DNA of 61,491 nucleotides from Thermoplasmatota archaeon (GTDB taxonomy: Archaea; Thermoplasmatota; Penumbrarchaeia; Penumbrarchaeales; Penumbrarchaeaceae). Below the pieces are notes generated by a model that saw nothing but the letters and a program-made list of their open reading frames with translations, was not told where the DNA came from and did not search any database. Shown here in pieces: positions 18,751 through 28,753 of this stretch. The DNA lies in contig JARVGK010000018.1 of NCBI GenBank assembly GCA_029762535.1, positions 1 to 61,491 of the forward strand, in the 5' to 3' direction. A program made the position numbers and the translations under genes. Position 1 is the stretch's first letter. Every line of letters starts with the position of its first letter.

Positions 18751-19454
18751 CCGCTATCACCCGCCGGGGCCCTCTTTTGCGGCCCCCCGCGCACGAGCCT
18801 GCCGTCCCTCATCCTCAAACTCCTTCCTGATCTCGAGGCTACAAGCCTGTCGTGAGTGGCCAGTATCAATGTCTTGCCTTCGGAGTTCAGCTCCTTGAAC
18901 AGGGACACGATCTCCCTCGCCGTCTCGGAGTCTATGTTCCCGGTCGGCTCGTCGGCGAGGATCAGCGAGGGATCGTTTATGAGGGCCCTGGCGATCGCCA
19001 CCCTCTGCCTCTCCCCACCGGAGAGCTCCCCTGGGAGATGGCCTTCCCTGTTGGAGAGACCCACCCGCTCCAGGAGCTCCCTCGCCCTGTCGCTCATGTC
19101 CCTACTGTCGAACATCACGGGAACCAGCACGTTCTCCAGGGCCGTGAGCGAGGGGATCAGGTTGAAGAACTGGAATATGAAACCCACGTTGCCCCTTCTG
19201 AAGGCGGCCCTCTGTCCCTCGCTCAGCCTCGTGAGCTCCACCTTTCCTATACGGACGGAGCCCTCATCGGGGACGTCGAGCCCACCTAGCATGTTCAGTA
19301 GCGTCGTCTTGCCTGAACCCGACGGGCCCATGAGGGTGCACATCTCGCCCTTGGCAAGCGTCATGTCCAGTCCGTCAAGGGCGTTCACGTTGGATCCGCC
19401 CACCCTGTACGTCTTCCTTATCCCTTCTACCGTGATGAATTGCCCGTCAGACAT
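18747..19454 (-). CDS. ABC ATP-binding protein (LolD/MacB type)
   Basis: GPSGSGKT, LSGGERQRVAIARAL, ILADEPTGN, ATHD. Confidence 0.95.
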   Translation of the reverse strand: MSDGQFITVEGIRKTYRVGGSNVNALDGLDMTLAKGEMCTLMGPSGSGKTTLLNMLGGLDVPDEGSVRIGKVELTRLSEGQRAAFRRGNVGFIFQFFNLIPSLTALENVLVPVMFDSRDMSDRARELLERVGLSNREGHLPGELSGGERQRVAIARALINDPSLILADEPTGNIDSETAREIVSLFKELNSEGKTLILATHDRLVASRSGRSLRMRDGRLVRGGPQKRAPAGDSG

Positions 19455-20100
19455 CCCTGAGCACCTCGTGAGGACTCTTTCTGTTCATCATGATGAGGGG
19501 CGGGAGCATACCCAGTACCCCGGCCACGATCACAATGGCCCCAAGCAGGGCGATCACGGATACGTCCAGAAGCAGGGGGATCCCCAGCCCGCCCCCGCCC
19601 AATGACAGGGGTGCTTCGTCCAGGAAGGGCGCCGATATAGCACCCAGAGCGGCCCCTGAAGCGGTCCCTACCAACATGAGCAGCAGCATGGACGATGCCA
19701 TGAGGGCCGAGACCTCGAAGTGGGAAAGGCCAATGGCCCTCAGCGTGGCGATCTCGAACCTCCTTTCCATGATATGCAGGGATGCCGTGTTGGTCACTAT
19801 CAGTGCGAAGAGTATGGTGCATAGTATAGCGACAAGGTAGGTCCAGCTGTCCATCACCCTCTTCACCTCGAAGAGCTCCTTCTCCTCCTCCGTGGGTTCG
19901 CCGACCCTGTCACTGAAATATTCCTCGAGACCGGCGTCGATCGATGAGAAGATGACTATCAAAAAGGCCAAGGCCGCCATGCCGGACATGGAGAAGATCG
20001 ATCTCGATCTGTTCCTCCAGAGGTCCTTGACCATGTATCTGCCGGGTGTCAGGACGCGTTTTCCGCCTTTTTTTATGCCCTTTTGCCCTTCAGCGTTCAA
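19447..20100 (-). CDS. FtsX-like ABC permease (short)
   Basis: LWRNRSRS, IVTNT..IMERRFEIATLRAIG. Confidence 0.85.
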   Translation of the reverse strand: MNAEGQKGIKKGGKRVLTPGRYMVKDLWRNRSRSIFSMSGMAALAFLIVIFSSIDAGLEEYFSDRVGEPTEEEKELFEVKRVMDSWTYLVAILCTILFALIVTNTASLHIMERRFEIATLRAIGLSHFEVSALMASSMLLLMLVGTASGAALGAISAPFLDEAPLSLGGGGLGIPLLLDVSVIALLGAIVIVAGVLGMLPPLIMMNRKSPHEVLRDV

Positions 20101-20109
20101 GGTATCCCA

Positions 20110-20814
20110 CTATCCGATGATGATCGTGTCCTGGGCGGCCACATATATTCCACCCTTTCCGATCCTGATGGGGCGCAGGTGCTCGTCGAAGTTGCCCCCC
20201 CTCATCTTGTCTATGGAGATGGCCCTTACCCTCACTCCCTTGACCATCTCACTGTGCAGCCTTATCACGCCCCTTGTCAGGTATCCCTCCACCGGAAGCT
20301 CCGTCCCGTTGGTCTCGGTTATCAGGACCGAGGTTATGGGATGGTCCTCTTCGGTGGTCACGCTCGATAGGACCCTCATGATGGAGAGTATCCTCCTCCT
20401 CGCCCTGAACGCATCGGGCTCCATGGTCCTGATCGAGGTGGTCGAGTCGAGGACCACCCTCGTTGGCTTGAACCTCAACAGCTGGGCCGGAAGCTCCTGG
20501 TCCAGATAGGTCAGGGAGGAGATGTCCCCATCCTTCTCCACGTCCTCCGGAGACAGGTCCATGATCTTTATCGAGGGGTCCATCATGTCGAGGGAGTCCA
20601 TGTTCGCCCTGATCTCGTCATGGGGCTCATCCAGTGTGACGTAGAGGGTCTGTTCCCCCTTGATCGCCCCTTCATGGAGGAACTGCCATCCCAAAATGCT
20701 CTTTCCAGCCCCTGGACCTCCCATAACGGCATAAGGCCTGCCCTCGATAAGACCGCCTTTGAGCATGGAATCGAGTCCAGAGATCCCCGTCGATATCCTC
20801 CTGTTGAGCGCCAT
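20110..20814 (-). CDS. KaiC/RAD55-like RecA-superfamily ATPase
   Basis: ISTGISGLDSMLKGGL, GGPGAGKS, RVVLDS, IDKMRG. Confidence 0.92.
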   Translation of the reverse strand: MALNRRISTGISGLDSMLKGGLIEGRPYAVMGGPGAGKSILGWQFLHEGAIKGEQTLYVTLDEPHDEIRANMDSLDMMDPSIKIMDLSPEDVEKDGDISSLTYLDQELPAQLLRFKPTRVVLDSTTSIRTMEPDAFRARRRILSIMRVLSSVTTEEDHPITSVLITETNGTELPVEGYLTRGVIRLHSEMVKGVRVRAISIDKMRGGNFDEHLRPIRIGKGGIYVAAQDTIIIG

Positions 20815-20938
20815 GTATTTCCCTCCCGCACTTCGACCGTTCCAAAGAAATGGACCGTCCGATTAAACCCTTTCGGTGTGGTGACCGTAAGATAATATCA
20901 GGTTATATAAATGACCGTAGTTCGGGAGAGGATACATC

Positions 20939-21946
20939 ATGGACGATCGACCCGAGGTACACGGACATCGAAGGCTGGGTCTCGCAGGGATCGCGATCCT
21001 GTCGATGGCGATGTTCGGAACGAGTTTCTGGGGCATCGTCCTCGCCCTGCGCGGCATACCTCCCGTCACCATGGCGTTCCTCCGCCCACTTATCGCCTCG
21101 ATCTCCCTCATATGCTTCTTCTTCATCATAGGCAAGTGCAGGGTGCTGGGAGGGTTCCGCGGACTCTTCACGGCGGGGATCGGGGGCAGAATGCCCATCC
21201 TTCCGATACTCGGCACGGCCATGTTCGGGTCGGTTCTACCCAACATACTGCAGAATATCGGCATGCTCATGATGGACCCGGGATCCACTTCCACCCTGGC
21301 CTCCCTGATCCAGGGAGGCGGCCCCGTATTCACGATCCTTCTGGCCTCGGTGGTACTCAAGGAGAGGATCGGGGTGTTCAAGGTCGCGGGTCTCTTCATC
21401 GTGGTCCCGGCCACCTTCTTCCTGTCCGCATACTCGTCCGAGGGGTTCAGCCTTACATCCAAAGAGACGGTGGGCGGCCTGCTGAACCTGCTCACGGCCG
21501 TCAGTTACTCCGTCTCCGCGATGTTCCTCAAGATCGCCCTGAACAGGGGAGCTAGGCCCGAGAGGCTGATCATCATGAACGGTCTTTTGGCGGGGCTCAT
21601 GACGGCGCCCGTGCTTGCCGTCTTCTGCATAGCCGGATGGGAGGACCCCGCCTCCATCTTGAACGCCTCAGCGGAATCCTTGCTCGCACTCTTCTACGTC
21701 TCTTTCGGGATCTATGCCGTTTCCGGGCTGCTTTGGTACAGAGCATACCGGAGCGACGAGGTTTCGAGGATCACCTTCTACGTGTTCCTGCTTCCGCTGT
21801 TCTCCGCTGTATGGGGCTACGCCATGCTGGGGGAGAGGCTCTCACCGCCCCAGCTCGCAGCAGGGATACTGGTCCTCGTCGGGGTGGGGATCGCACAGGT
21901 CAGAACGAGGGTCCGGACCAGGGTAAACCCTATATATCCAAGATAG
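20939..21946 (+). CDS. DMT/EamA family transporter
   Basis: About ten TM helices in two repeats; PVFTILLASVVLKERI; LGERLS. Confidence 0.9.
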   Translation: MDDRPEVHGHRRLGLAGIAILSMAMFGTSFWGIVLALRGIPPVTMAFLRPLIASISLICFFFIIGKCRVLGGFRGLFTAGIGGRMPILPILGTAMFGSVLPNILQNIGMLMMDPGSTSTLASLIQGGGPVFTILLASVVLKERIGVFKVAGLFIVVPATFFLSAYSSEGFSLTSKETVGGLLNLLTAVSYSVSAMFLKIALNRGARPERLIIMNGLLAGLMTAPVLAVFCIAGWEDPASILNASAESLLALFYVSFGIYAVSGLLWYRAYRSDEVSRITFYVFLLPLFSAVWGYAMLGERLSPPQLAAGILVLVGVGIAQVRTRVRTRVNPIYPR

Positions 21947-21971
21947 GACATCATGCCCTTGGGTATGGATA

Positions 21972-24710
21972 ATGCCAAGAAACGCCTTTATCGCCTTGCT
22001 CGTTCCGTTGATGCTCGTTATGGTGTCGTATGCGGCAACAGGGACCCCTAGACGGCCGGACCCCGTCCTTGACCTGGACGGCTCCGCCGATGTGCCGACC
22101 TGGCATACCGACGATTTCTGGAACTACACCACCGAGTTCACCTACGGGCTGGACCTGGGCCTGTTCACCGTCAATATACCTTTCAGCGGATGGCTCAACA
22201 TGAGCGTGGACATGCTGTTCACGGAATCGACGGGGGACCGCGATCCGGTCTACATCTTGGGGATCGACGGCAATATCAGCGGGGGCCTCAACGTTCCATT
22301 CTACGGCGAGGTCCTGATCTACCTGGACATAGACGGCTACTTCTGGCAGAGGATGCAGGACCTGGCCCTGTACAGGATGGTTGCCAACGTGACGGTCGAA
22401 GGGACAGAATCATATCTCAACGGATACTACCCGTTCGGTTACGAATACTACCCTCCTCTGGAGGAATACGACTTCCCCCTGATCCCCGGGGAGAACTGGA
22501 CCACCAGCGTCAAGGCCTCCCTCCCCTTCTCGCCGGAGTCCCCCGGGATCGATCTTGCCCTGCGCTCCGAGTGCCTCAACGTGAGCTCCCGGACGGTCCC
22601 CGCAGGGACCTTTGACGTCTGGCCCGTCACCACCTCGGAGGGTGGCACCCTGATGTACAACGAAACCGTCGGGAACGCCGTCTTCCGAAGCCTGTACATC
22701 GAAGCTGACAGCATCTCCATGGACATACCCATAGAGCTCGGTCTTTACAGGCACAGGCCATCCGCGGTACTGCGTGTTTGGGTGGACAGCGAGCAGCCTG
22801 TCTGGGCCGGTGAGGACCTCACCCTGAAGGGGTATTACGGAGGGATCATGGCGACGATCAGCATATTCGTCCCCGGAAGCACCCTCGCGGCAACCACGAC
22901 GGTCCTAGGAGGTCCTAGGGAATTCTCAGTGAACCTGAAAGCCCCTTGGAAGGCGGATGACACGCCCACCCTGATCGACCATTCCAGCCTCGGTGTGCTG
23001 GCCCTGGCCGTGGGAACATCCACGGGCTATGCCGTATGCACTCTGACCACCAAGGCGACGGACCTGAACATCAATGACACCATGGTATCCTCGCACAGCA
23101 CCGGATACGGCACATTGGACCACCCCTTCATCATCGATATCACGGTGGGGAACCCGTCCAATTTCGCAGCTGGCACCTTCGACATCATGCTGATGGTGGA
23201 GGATCCCACAGGAAACACGAGCGGGACGACACACGGCCCCTATTCGCTTCCCGCCGGTGAGGTGATGACCGTCGAAGCCCCGTACAAGCCCGACATGCCC
23301 GGGAACCACAGCTTCACGGTCGTCTTGGACCCCTTCAACGACATCCGGGAGATCGATGAGGACAACAACACGGCCAGAGGGCTGTTCTTCGTAGATGAGA
23401 GGGCGCCCCTGGTCTGGAACCTGTCGCCGGATGAGGGAGACCTGTATTTGAACGAGGGGGAGGCTTTGCACTTCGCAGTGAACGTGACGCGATACGGAGA
23501 GAGCATGGAAGGTGTATGGACCCTGGACGGCGATAATGTCGGTTCGGGACAGGACCATACCTTCTCGGCGAACCACACTGGCCCTCTCTCTCACAGGGAT
23601 GTCCCTTACATCATCGCCTTCAACCTCGATGAGGATTCATATTTCGAGGGTGAGAAGGGCGGGGCATACTGGGAGATACACGTGATCGATGTCGACAGGC
23701 CTCCCGTGATCGATGGATCCATCCCGCCTGATATGAACGTATCGATAAACGAGGGCGAACAGGAGACATTCAGCGTCACGGTCAGCGATCCGGACGGGGA
23801 CGACGTGGAACTGGTCTGGTCCGTCAACGGCGAGTTTAGAGCGAGCGGAAGCTCGTTGACGTTCTTCTCCCATTTCACGGGCGAGAACTCCTCGGAAGGC
23901 TCCCCCTATCACATCAGCCTTTTGGCCACAAGCAGGGAGCTGAACGCATCGGTCTCGTGGACCCTCCACGTCATCGACGTCGACCGGCCCTTCGAGGCGT
24001 TATTCGAACCGGAGGAGGAGAACATAACCCTCCGGGATAACACTTCCATCCCACTTCGCTTTTCAGCATACGACCCGGACGGGGATCCCATACGCTCCAA
24101 CTGGACCTACCTGGGTTCTTATCATGAGGATGTGGACAACATCACCCTGAACGTGACGGGTATGGGATTGATCCACAACCAAACCTTTGATGTGAGCCTG
24201 AACCTCTCCTCCGGTTCCTTCGTAACCGCCCGGACCTGGCGGGTCACCTATCAGAGCCCCCTCCCAGTCCCTGAGCCCCCTGAACCCGAGGCTGAACCTC
24301 CAAAGGGCGTCATCGTTATATCCCCCGCAGAGGGCGCCGTGTTCCTCAAGGGGGACCCGATCACGCTCAGGGTGGTGGATTCGGACGATAGAGAGGTGAA
24401 CTACACCTGGACGATGGATGGAGTGACCTACTACGGCATGGAAGTGCTGGTCCCGGCCCTTGAGGTCGGCAACCACACGGTCCTTCTCAACGCGTCGGTC
24501 TCCGATCCGGCGACCGCGTGGGTCCTGATCGAGAGGGGCTTCAGCGTCCGGGACACGGAAACCATCGATGTGAGGCCACCCGAGGACGAGCCGAGTTCGG
24601 GGTGGTTCATCATCCTCTTCCTTCTCATGGCCCTTGCGGTCCTTGCCGCGTTGATAATCTTTGTCGTTGTACGAAGGAAGCGAGGCGGCGATGTATGGAG
24701 CGAGGAGTGA
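21972..24710 (+). CDS. Secreted/surface protein with CARDB and cadherin/Ig-like domains, C-terminal TM anchor
   Basis: Signal peptide; VPTWHTDDFWNY; VVLDPFNDIREIDEDNN (CARDB); DVDRPP, DPDGD repeats; TM then RRKRGGDVWSEE. Confidence 0.8.
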   Translation: MPRNAFIALLVPLMLVMVSYAATGTPRRPDPVLDLDGSADVPTWHTDDFWNYTTEFTYGLDLGLFTVNIPFSGWLNMSVDMLFTESTGDRDPVYILGIDGNISGGLNVPFYGEVLIYLDIDGYFWQRMQDLALYRMVANVTVEGTESYLNGYYPFGYEYYPPLEEYDFPLIPGENWTTSVKASLPFSPESPGIDLALRSECLNVSSRTVPAGTFDVWPVTTSEGGTLMYNETVGNAVFRSLYIEADSISMDIPIELGLYRHRPSAVLRVWVDSEQPVWAGEDLTLKGYYGGIMATISIFVPGSTLAATTTVLGGPREFSVNLKAPWKADDTPTLIDHSSLGVLALAVGTSTGYAVCTLTTKATDLNINDTMVSSHSTGYGTLDHPFIIDITVGNPSNFAAGTFDIMLMVEDPTGNTSGTTHGPYSLPAGEVMTVEAPYKPDMPGNHSFTVVLDPFNDIREIDEDNNTARGLFFVDERAPLVWNLSPDEGDLYLNEGEALHFAVNVTRYGESMEGVWTLDGDNVGSGQDHTFSANHTGPLSHRDVPYIIAFNLDEDSYFEGEKGGAYWEIHVIDVDRPPVIDGSIPPDMNVSINEGEQETFSVTVSDPDGDDVELVWSVNGEFRASGSSLTFFSHFTGENSSEGSPYHISLLATSRELNASVSWTLHVIDVDRPFEALFEPEEENITLRDNTSIPLRFSAYDPDGDPIRSNWTYLGSYHEDVDNITLNVTGMGLIHNQTFDVSLNLSSGSFVTARTWRVTYQSPLPVPEPPEPEAEPPKGVIVISPAEGAVFLKGDPITLRVVDSDDREVNYTWTMDGVTYYGMEVLVPALEVGNHTVLLNASVSDPATAWVLIERGFSVRDTETIDVRPPEDEPSSGWFIILFLLMALAVLAALIIFVVVRRKRGGDVWSEE

Positions 24711-24732
24711 TCAGTCATTATAATGGGCTTCC

Positions 24733-26649
24733 TCAGTCGAAGATGCCGATGAGGAAAAGCCCCATGACGATAACTATGAACATAAGGAGCAGCGCGATCC
24801 TCGAAAGCCATATGTGAACGGGCCTCAAGTTCCTGGTCCTTCTTATGAATTTGAAATGAATGAAGCCCAGAGCGGGCGAGCTCAGGAGCATTACGGCGGT
24901 GATCCCGCCCAGGATCGAATGGAGGGTGCCCAAATGCCCCGATCCGGCCCTCCCGACCATGTAAATGCCCACGGCGAGGCCTATGACCGTCGATATGGCT
25001 CCTGCCACCCCTGCCCCCTTGTGGGCCTTCAGCCACCATTTCGTCTTCCTGGAGGTGTAGAGTATGATCGTCGAAGCGGCCATGAGAACAAGCCCTCCTG
25101 TCATGAAGATGGCATGCACCGGCCATAGGACCGGGGCCTTCCTCTCGGAGGAATCCCCTGTCGCCAGATCTATCTCCAGATATCCCCTCCTCGCCTGGGC
25201 GGCAGCATGCTGAGAGGTATGGTCATCCTCATCTCCCAGGGCCCAGATCAGCTTCAGGACCCCTTGGGGGTCTATCGGTTTGTCGTAGCGGTCGCCGGTG
25301 ACTAGCTTGCGTGTGAACTCGATCACCGTCCAACCGCCCGATTGGCTCCCCCCGAACTCCAGTATGTCATCGGTCCCGCCGATTTCCGTATCCGGAGGGT
25401 GAGGGCCGTAATTCCCCTGTGAGAAGCAGTCGAGTATATGCGCCGCTCCGGAGCCGTCGACCCATCCTATGATCATATCCGCGTCCTTCATCAATGTGGT
25501 GGGCTCGAGGCCGATGGATATCCATCCCGTCGTCCTACCTCTGATCGCCATCCGGATGTTCTCTCCCTCTATTCTCCAGTGTATCTCGAGGTCCCCATCG
25601 GCGGCGGTCGCCTTGTATTCGTACTCGCTGCCGCCGATAACTCCGTCCAGGGTCGCGTCCTTCGTGGACGCGAGGACATCGAACTCGTACCTGGCATCGT
25701 TCTTCTCGTAGGGATCCCTGGAGGCATCAATGGTGATCCTCTCCTCATCATCACTATCGAGCACAGGGGCGGTGTACGTGAACTCGTAATCCCCGCCTCC
25801 TTTCTCCGTCACCGCGCCCACGCTTCCGATCCTCGCCTCGACAGAGACCTGAGCGCCGGTCACCGGGCCATCCTGCACGGACAAACTCACAATGAATGAT
25901 ACTTCCGCTCCCGAGGCGACCTGCTTCGTCTGAGGCATCAAGGAGATCCTGATCCTGTCGTCAGGGATATCGGAGTCGGATATGGTGAAGGACAGGGAGG
26001 CCGAGCTGTCGTTGTAACCGTTCCTGGAACCGGTAATTGTCATCGTCTCCGTCACGTCGGTTTCGACCTCTGGTGCCTCGTAGGTGAACTGGTATCCGCC
26101 GAGGCCAAGCGCCTCGACCTCCGATACGGACCCGTGGGATATCTCGAACCTGAACGATACGCCGTCGACCGTCTCCGTTCCGGAATAGGCGTTTATGGTG
26201 AAGTCCCGCGTTTGCCCCTCTTCGATCCCGGTTATCGAAGGTGAGACCTCTATTCTCATGTCCTGCCTGGGGCCTGTTACGGTCATCTCCTCCGTCATCT
26301 CTCCGGCCAAGTTGCACACCGTCCTGACGGAAAGGACATCGCCGTCGACGGCAGGTACGGTATAATAGTACGTGAAGGTGCCCTGGGTCGGTTGGCTCGT
26401 ATACGTATTTGTGGAATACACCGCCCCGTTCTTGGATACCTCGACCGTCTCGATGTAGTGGTAGTTTGGAGTGGGTGTATTATGGGTGATCGAGACGGCA
26501 AGCGTGCTGTTATCGATGTTGTAGTCGAGGGCCATGCTCGCGGCGGGATGGCCGAACGAACCGCCGGATAAGATGAACAAACCACTGATCACCAAGACGG
26601 CGACGATGGCCCCGCAAGACGATGGATACAAGAGCTCGCGATATGACAC
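24733..26649 (-). CDS. Membrane redox protein: SOR-like metal domain, two Ig-like domains, DOMON domain, cytochrome b561-like TM domain
   Basis: GWISIG..MKDADMIIGW..TVIEFTRKL..IWA.G (DOMON); four TMs with His (VHAIFM, AHK, LHSILG, VHIWLSR); GTG at 26649 with GGAGG RBS. Confidence 0.8.
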   Translation of the reverse strand: MSYRELLYPSSCGAIVAVLVISGLFILSGGSFGHPAASMALDYNIDNSTLAVSITHNTPTPNYHYIETVEVSKNGAVYSTNTYTSQPTQGTFTYYYTVPAVDGDVLSVRTVCNLAGEMTEEMTVTGPRQDMRIEVSPSITGIEEGQTRDFTINAYSGTETVDGVSFRFEISHGSVSEVEALGLGGYQFTYEAPEVETDVTETMTITGSRNGYNDSSASLSFTISDSDIPDDRIRISLMPQTKQVASGAEVSFIVSLSVQDGPVTGAQVSVEARIGSVGAVTEKGGGDYEFTYTAPVLDSDDEERITIDASRDPYEKNDARYEFDVLASTKDATLDGVIGGSEYEYKATAADGDLEIHWRIEGENIRMAIRGRTTGWISIGLEPTTLMKDADMIIGWVDGSGAAHILDCFSQGNYGPHPPDTEIGGTDDILEFGGSQSGGWTVIEFTRKLVTGDRYDKPIDPQGVLKLIWALGDEDDHTSQHAAAQARRGYLEIDLATGDSSERKAPVLWPVHAIFMTGGLVLMAASTIILYTSRKTKWWLKAHKGAGVAGAISTVIGLAVGIYMVGRAGSGHLGTLHSILGGITAVMLLSSPALGFIHFKFIRRTRNLRPVHIWLSRIALLLMFIVIVMGLFLIGIFD

Positions 26650-26781
26650 CTGGCTTCCTCCTTTAAGCATTACCCCGCTATCGATATATACGTGAACATA
26701 AAAAATACTTTGCTGGTACATCAGAACGATTTGGGATATTATTAAATGGCTCGTGCCCATACAGGTCCAGGGGAAATAGGA

Positions 26782-27792
26782 ATGACTGTAAGGGTCGCGA
26801 TAAACGGATATGGAACGATCGGAAAGAGGGTCGCTGACGCCGTCCAGGCACAGGAGGACATGACGGTCGTCGGGGTCACGAAGACCAGGCCTACGTTCGA
26901 GGCGAGGTTGGCATTGGAGAAGGGTTTCGACCTCTTCGTCGCCATAAGGGACAACATCCCCAAGTTCGAGGCTTCGGGCCTAAGGGTCTGTGGGGACCTG
27001 GATGCTCTCCTTGGCAAATGCGATGTGGTCATCGACTGCACACCCGGCAAGATGGGCGCGCAGAATCTCGACCTCTACAAACTGGCGGGGGTGAAATCCA
27101 TCTTTCAGGGAGGGGAGAAGCATGACCTTACCGGCAGGTCCTTCAACTCACTCTCCAACTACGGGGACAATCTGGGAGCTGACCATGTCCGCGTGGTCAG
27201 TTGCAACACCACAGGGCTCACCAGAACCCTCTACCCCCTCCACAGGGACATAGGCATCGATAAGGTGTATGCAACGATGATCCGGAGGGGTGTCGATCCC
27301 AACGACGACAAGAAAGGGCCGATGAACTCCATAATCCCCGTTCTCAAGGTCCCATCGCATCACGGTCCCGACGTAAAGACCGTCATACCGGGGTTGGACA
27401 TCGACACGACCGCCGTGGCGGTTCCCACCACCTTGATGCATCTTCACTCGGTCGTTGTGAAGCTTCGTAAGAACGCATCGACCGAGGAGGTCCTGGACAT
27501 CTGGGACCGTACACCCAGGGTCAGGTTCGTTTCCGGAGAGGACGGGATCACATCGACCTCGAAGATAATGGAGATGGCCCGGGACATGCAGACATCCAGG
27601 TCGGACCTCATGGACATAGCCGTCTGGAAGGATGGGGTCCACGTTATCGAAGGGACGCTATACTACTACCAGGCCATACACCAGGAGTCCGATGTGGTCC
27701 CGGAGAACATCGACTGCATCAGGGCGATGTTCGAGCTTACGAGGAACAACATGGAATCGATACTCAAGACAAACATGGCACTTATGATTTGA
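26782..27792 (+). CDS. gap: Type II (archaeal) glyceraldehyde-3-phosphate dehydrogenase
   Basis: VAINGYGTIGKRVADAV, RVVSCNTTGL, PSHHGPDV, HQESDVVPENID. Confidence 0.97.
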   Translation: MTVRVAINGYGTIGKRVADAVQAQEDMTVVGVTKTRPTFEARLALEKGFDLFVAIRDNIPKFEASGLRVCGDLDALLGKCDVVIDCTPGKMGAQNLDLYKLAGVKSIFQGGEKHDLTGRSFNSLSNYGDNLGADHVRVVSCNTTGLTRTLYPLHRDIGIDKVYATMIRRGVDPNDDKKGPMNSIIPVLKVPSHHGPDVKTVIPGLDIDTTAVAVPTTLMHLHSVVVKLRKNASTEEVLDIWDRTPRVRFVSGEDGITSTSKIMEMARDMQTSRSDLMDIAVWKDGVHVIEGTLYYYQAIHQESDVVPENIDCIRAMFELTRNNMESILKTNMALMI

Positions 27793-27899
27793 ATTATTGT
27801 ATGGCCCTAAATGTGAGGACGTTATTATTATATATCCAGGGCATCATTTGCACAGGGAATGCGGCAAGGGCCGCAAAGTCCGGGTAAGGGTGAACAACG

Positions 27900-28742
27900 A
27901 TGGTCTCAGGAGGGATCCGCAATGAGGAAAGGAGCATGAGGATGGCCCCCGACGAACAGCCTGGCTCAGGGCTTCCTGCGAAGAGACCGGTCAAGGTCTC
28001 CGCCGGTGCCAGAGCGGCGTTCGTGAGGACCGGCGGCAAGAAGTTCGACGAGCTCCTCAACGGCGGGTTCCCCATGAGATCGAAGATACTCGTCCAGGGG
28101 GCCGCATTTATCGGCAAGGACCTTTTCCTGAATCAGTTCGTGGCCGAAGGTATAAAGAACGGCGCGCCCGCAATAGTGGTCCTCACTCAATCCACAACTT
28201 CCCAGGTCAGAAAGAAGATCGTGGAGATGGACCCTGCGCTAGAGGAGCACGAGAAGCTTGGCCTCGTATCGTACATCGATTGCTACACCAAGACGGCTGG
28301 GCTTATCGGCAAGAACCCATTCGCCATATACCTTGAGGGTCTGGGAGATCTGAGCGGTCTCGTATCGGCGATAGAGAGGTTCCAACAGGGATACGGGAAG
28401 AGCTTCTTCTACAACAGGGTGGTGTTCGATTCGCTCTCCAGCGTCATCAGGATGCACGGGATCAACCCGACCCTTGATTTCGTCAACAGCCTCAATGCGA
28501 AGATGACCGCCTACAACTCCACGGCCCTTTTCGATCTGGCTGGAGGCATACACGCTCCGAACGAGATCAACGCCTTGGAGAGCCTTATGGACGGCGTGGT
28601 CACCTTGAAGGAGGACCGGGGAAAGTACCTGGTATCCATAAAGGGACTGGCGAACGTCAAATCCCGGGAGTGGCTTGAGTATTCCTACAACGAGCGCTAC
28701 ATCGATATAAAGGGCATATACTCCTATTCCTATATCCAGTGA
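27900..28742 (+). CDS. RAD55/KaiC-like ATPase with degenerate Walker A
   Basis: RTGGKKFDELLNGGFP, GAAFIGKD, YIDCY, RVVFDSLS, LMDGVV. True start may be at 27936 or 27942. Confidence 0.85.
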   Translation: MVSGGIRNEERSMRMAPDEQPGSGLPAKRPVKVSAGARAAFVRTGGKKFDELLNGGFPMRSKILVQGAAFIGKDLFLNQFVAEGIKNGAPAIVVLTQSTTSQVRKKIVEMDPALEEHEKLGLVSYIDCYTKTAGLIGKNPFAIYLEGLGDLSGLVSAIERFQQGYGKSFFYNRVVFDSLSSVIRMHGINPTLDFVNSLNAKMTAYNSTALFDLAGGIHAPNEINALESLMDGVVTLKEDRGKYLVSIKGLANVKSREWLEYSYNERYIDIKGIYSYSYIQ

Positions 28743-28753
28743 GGATACGCGCG

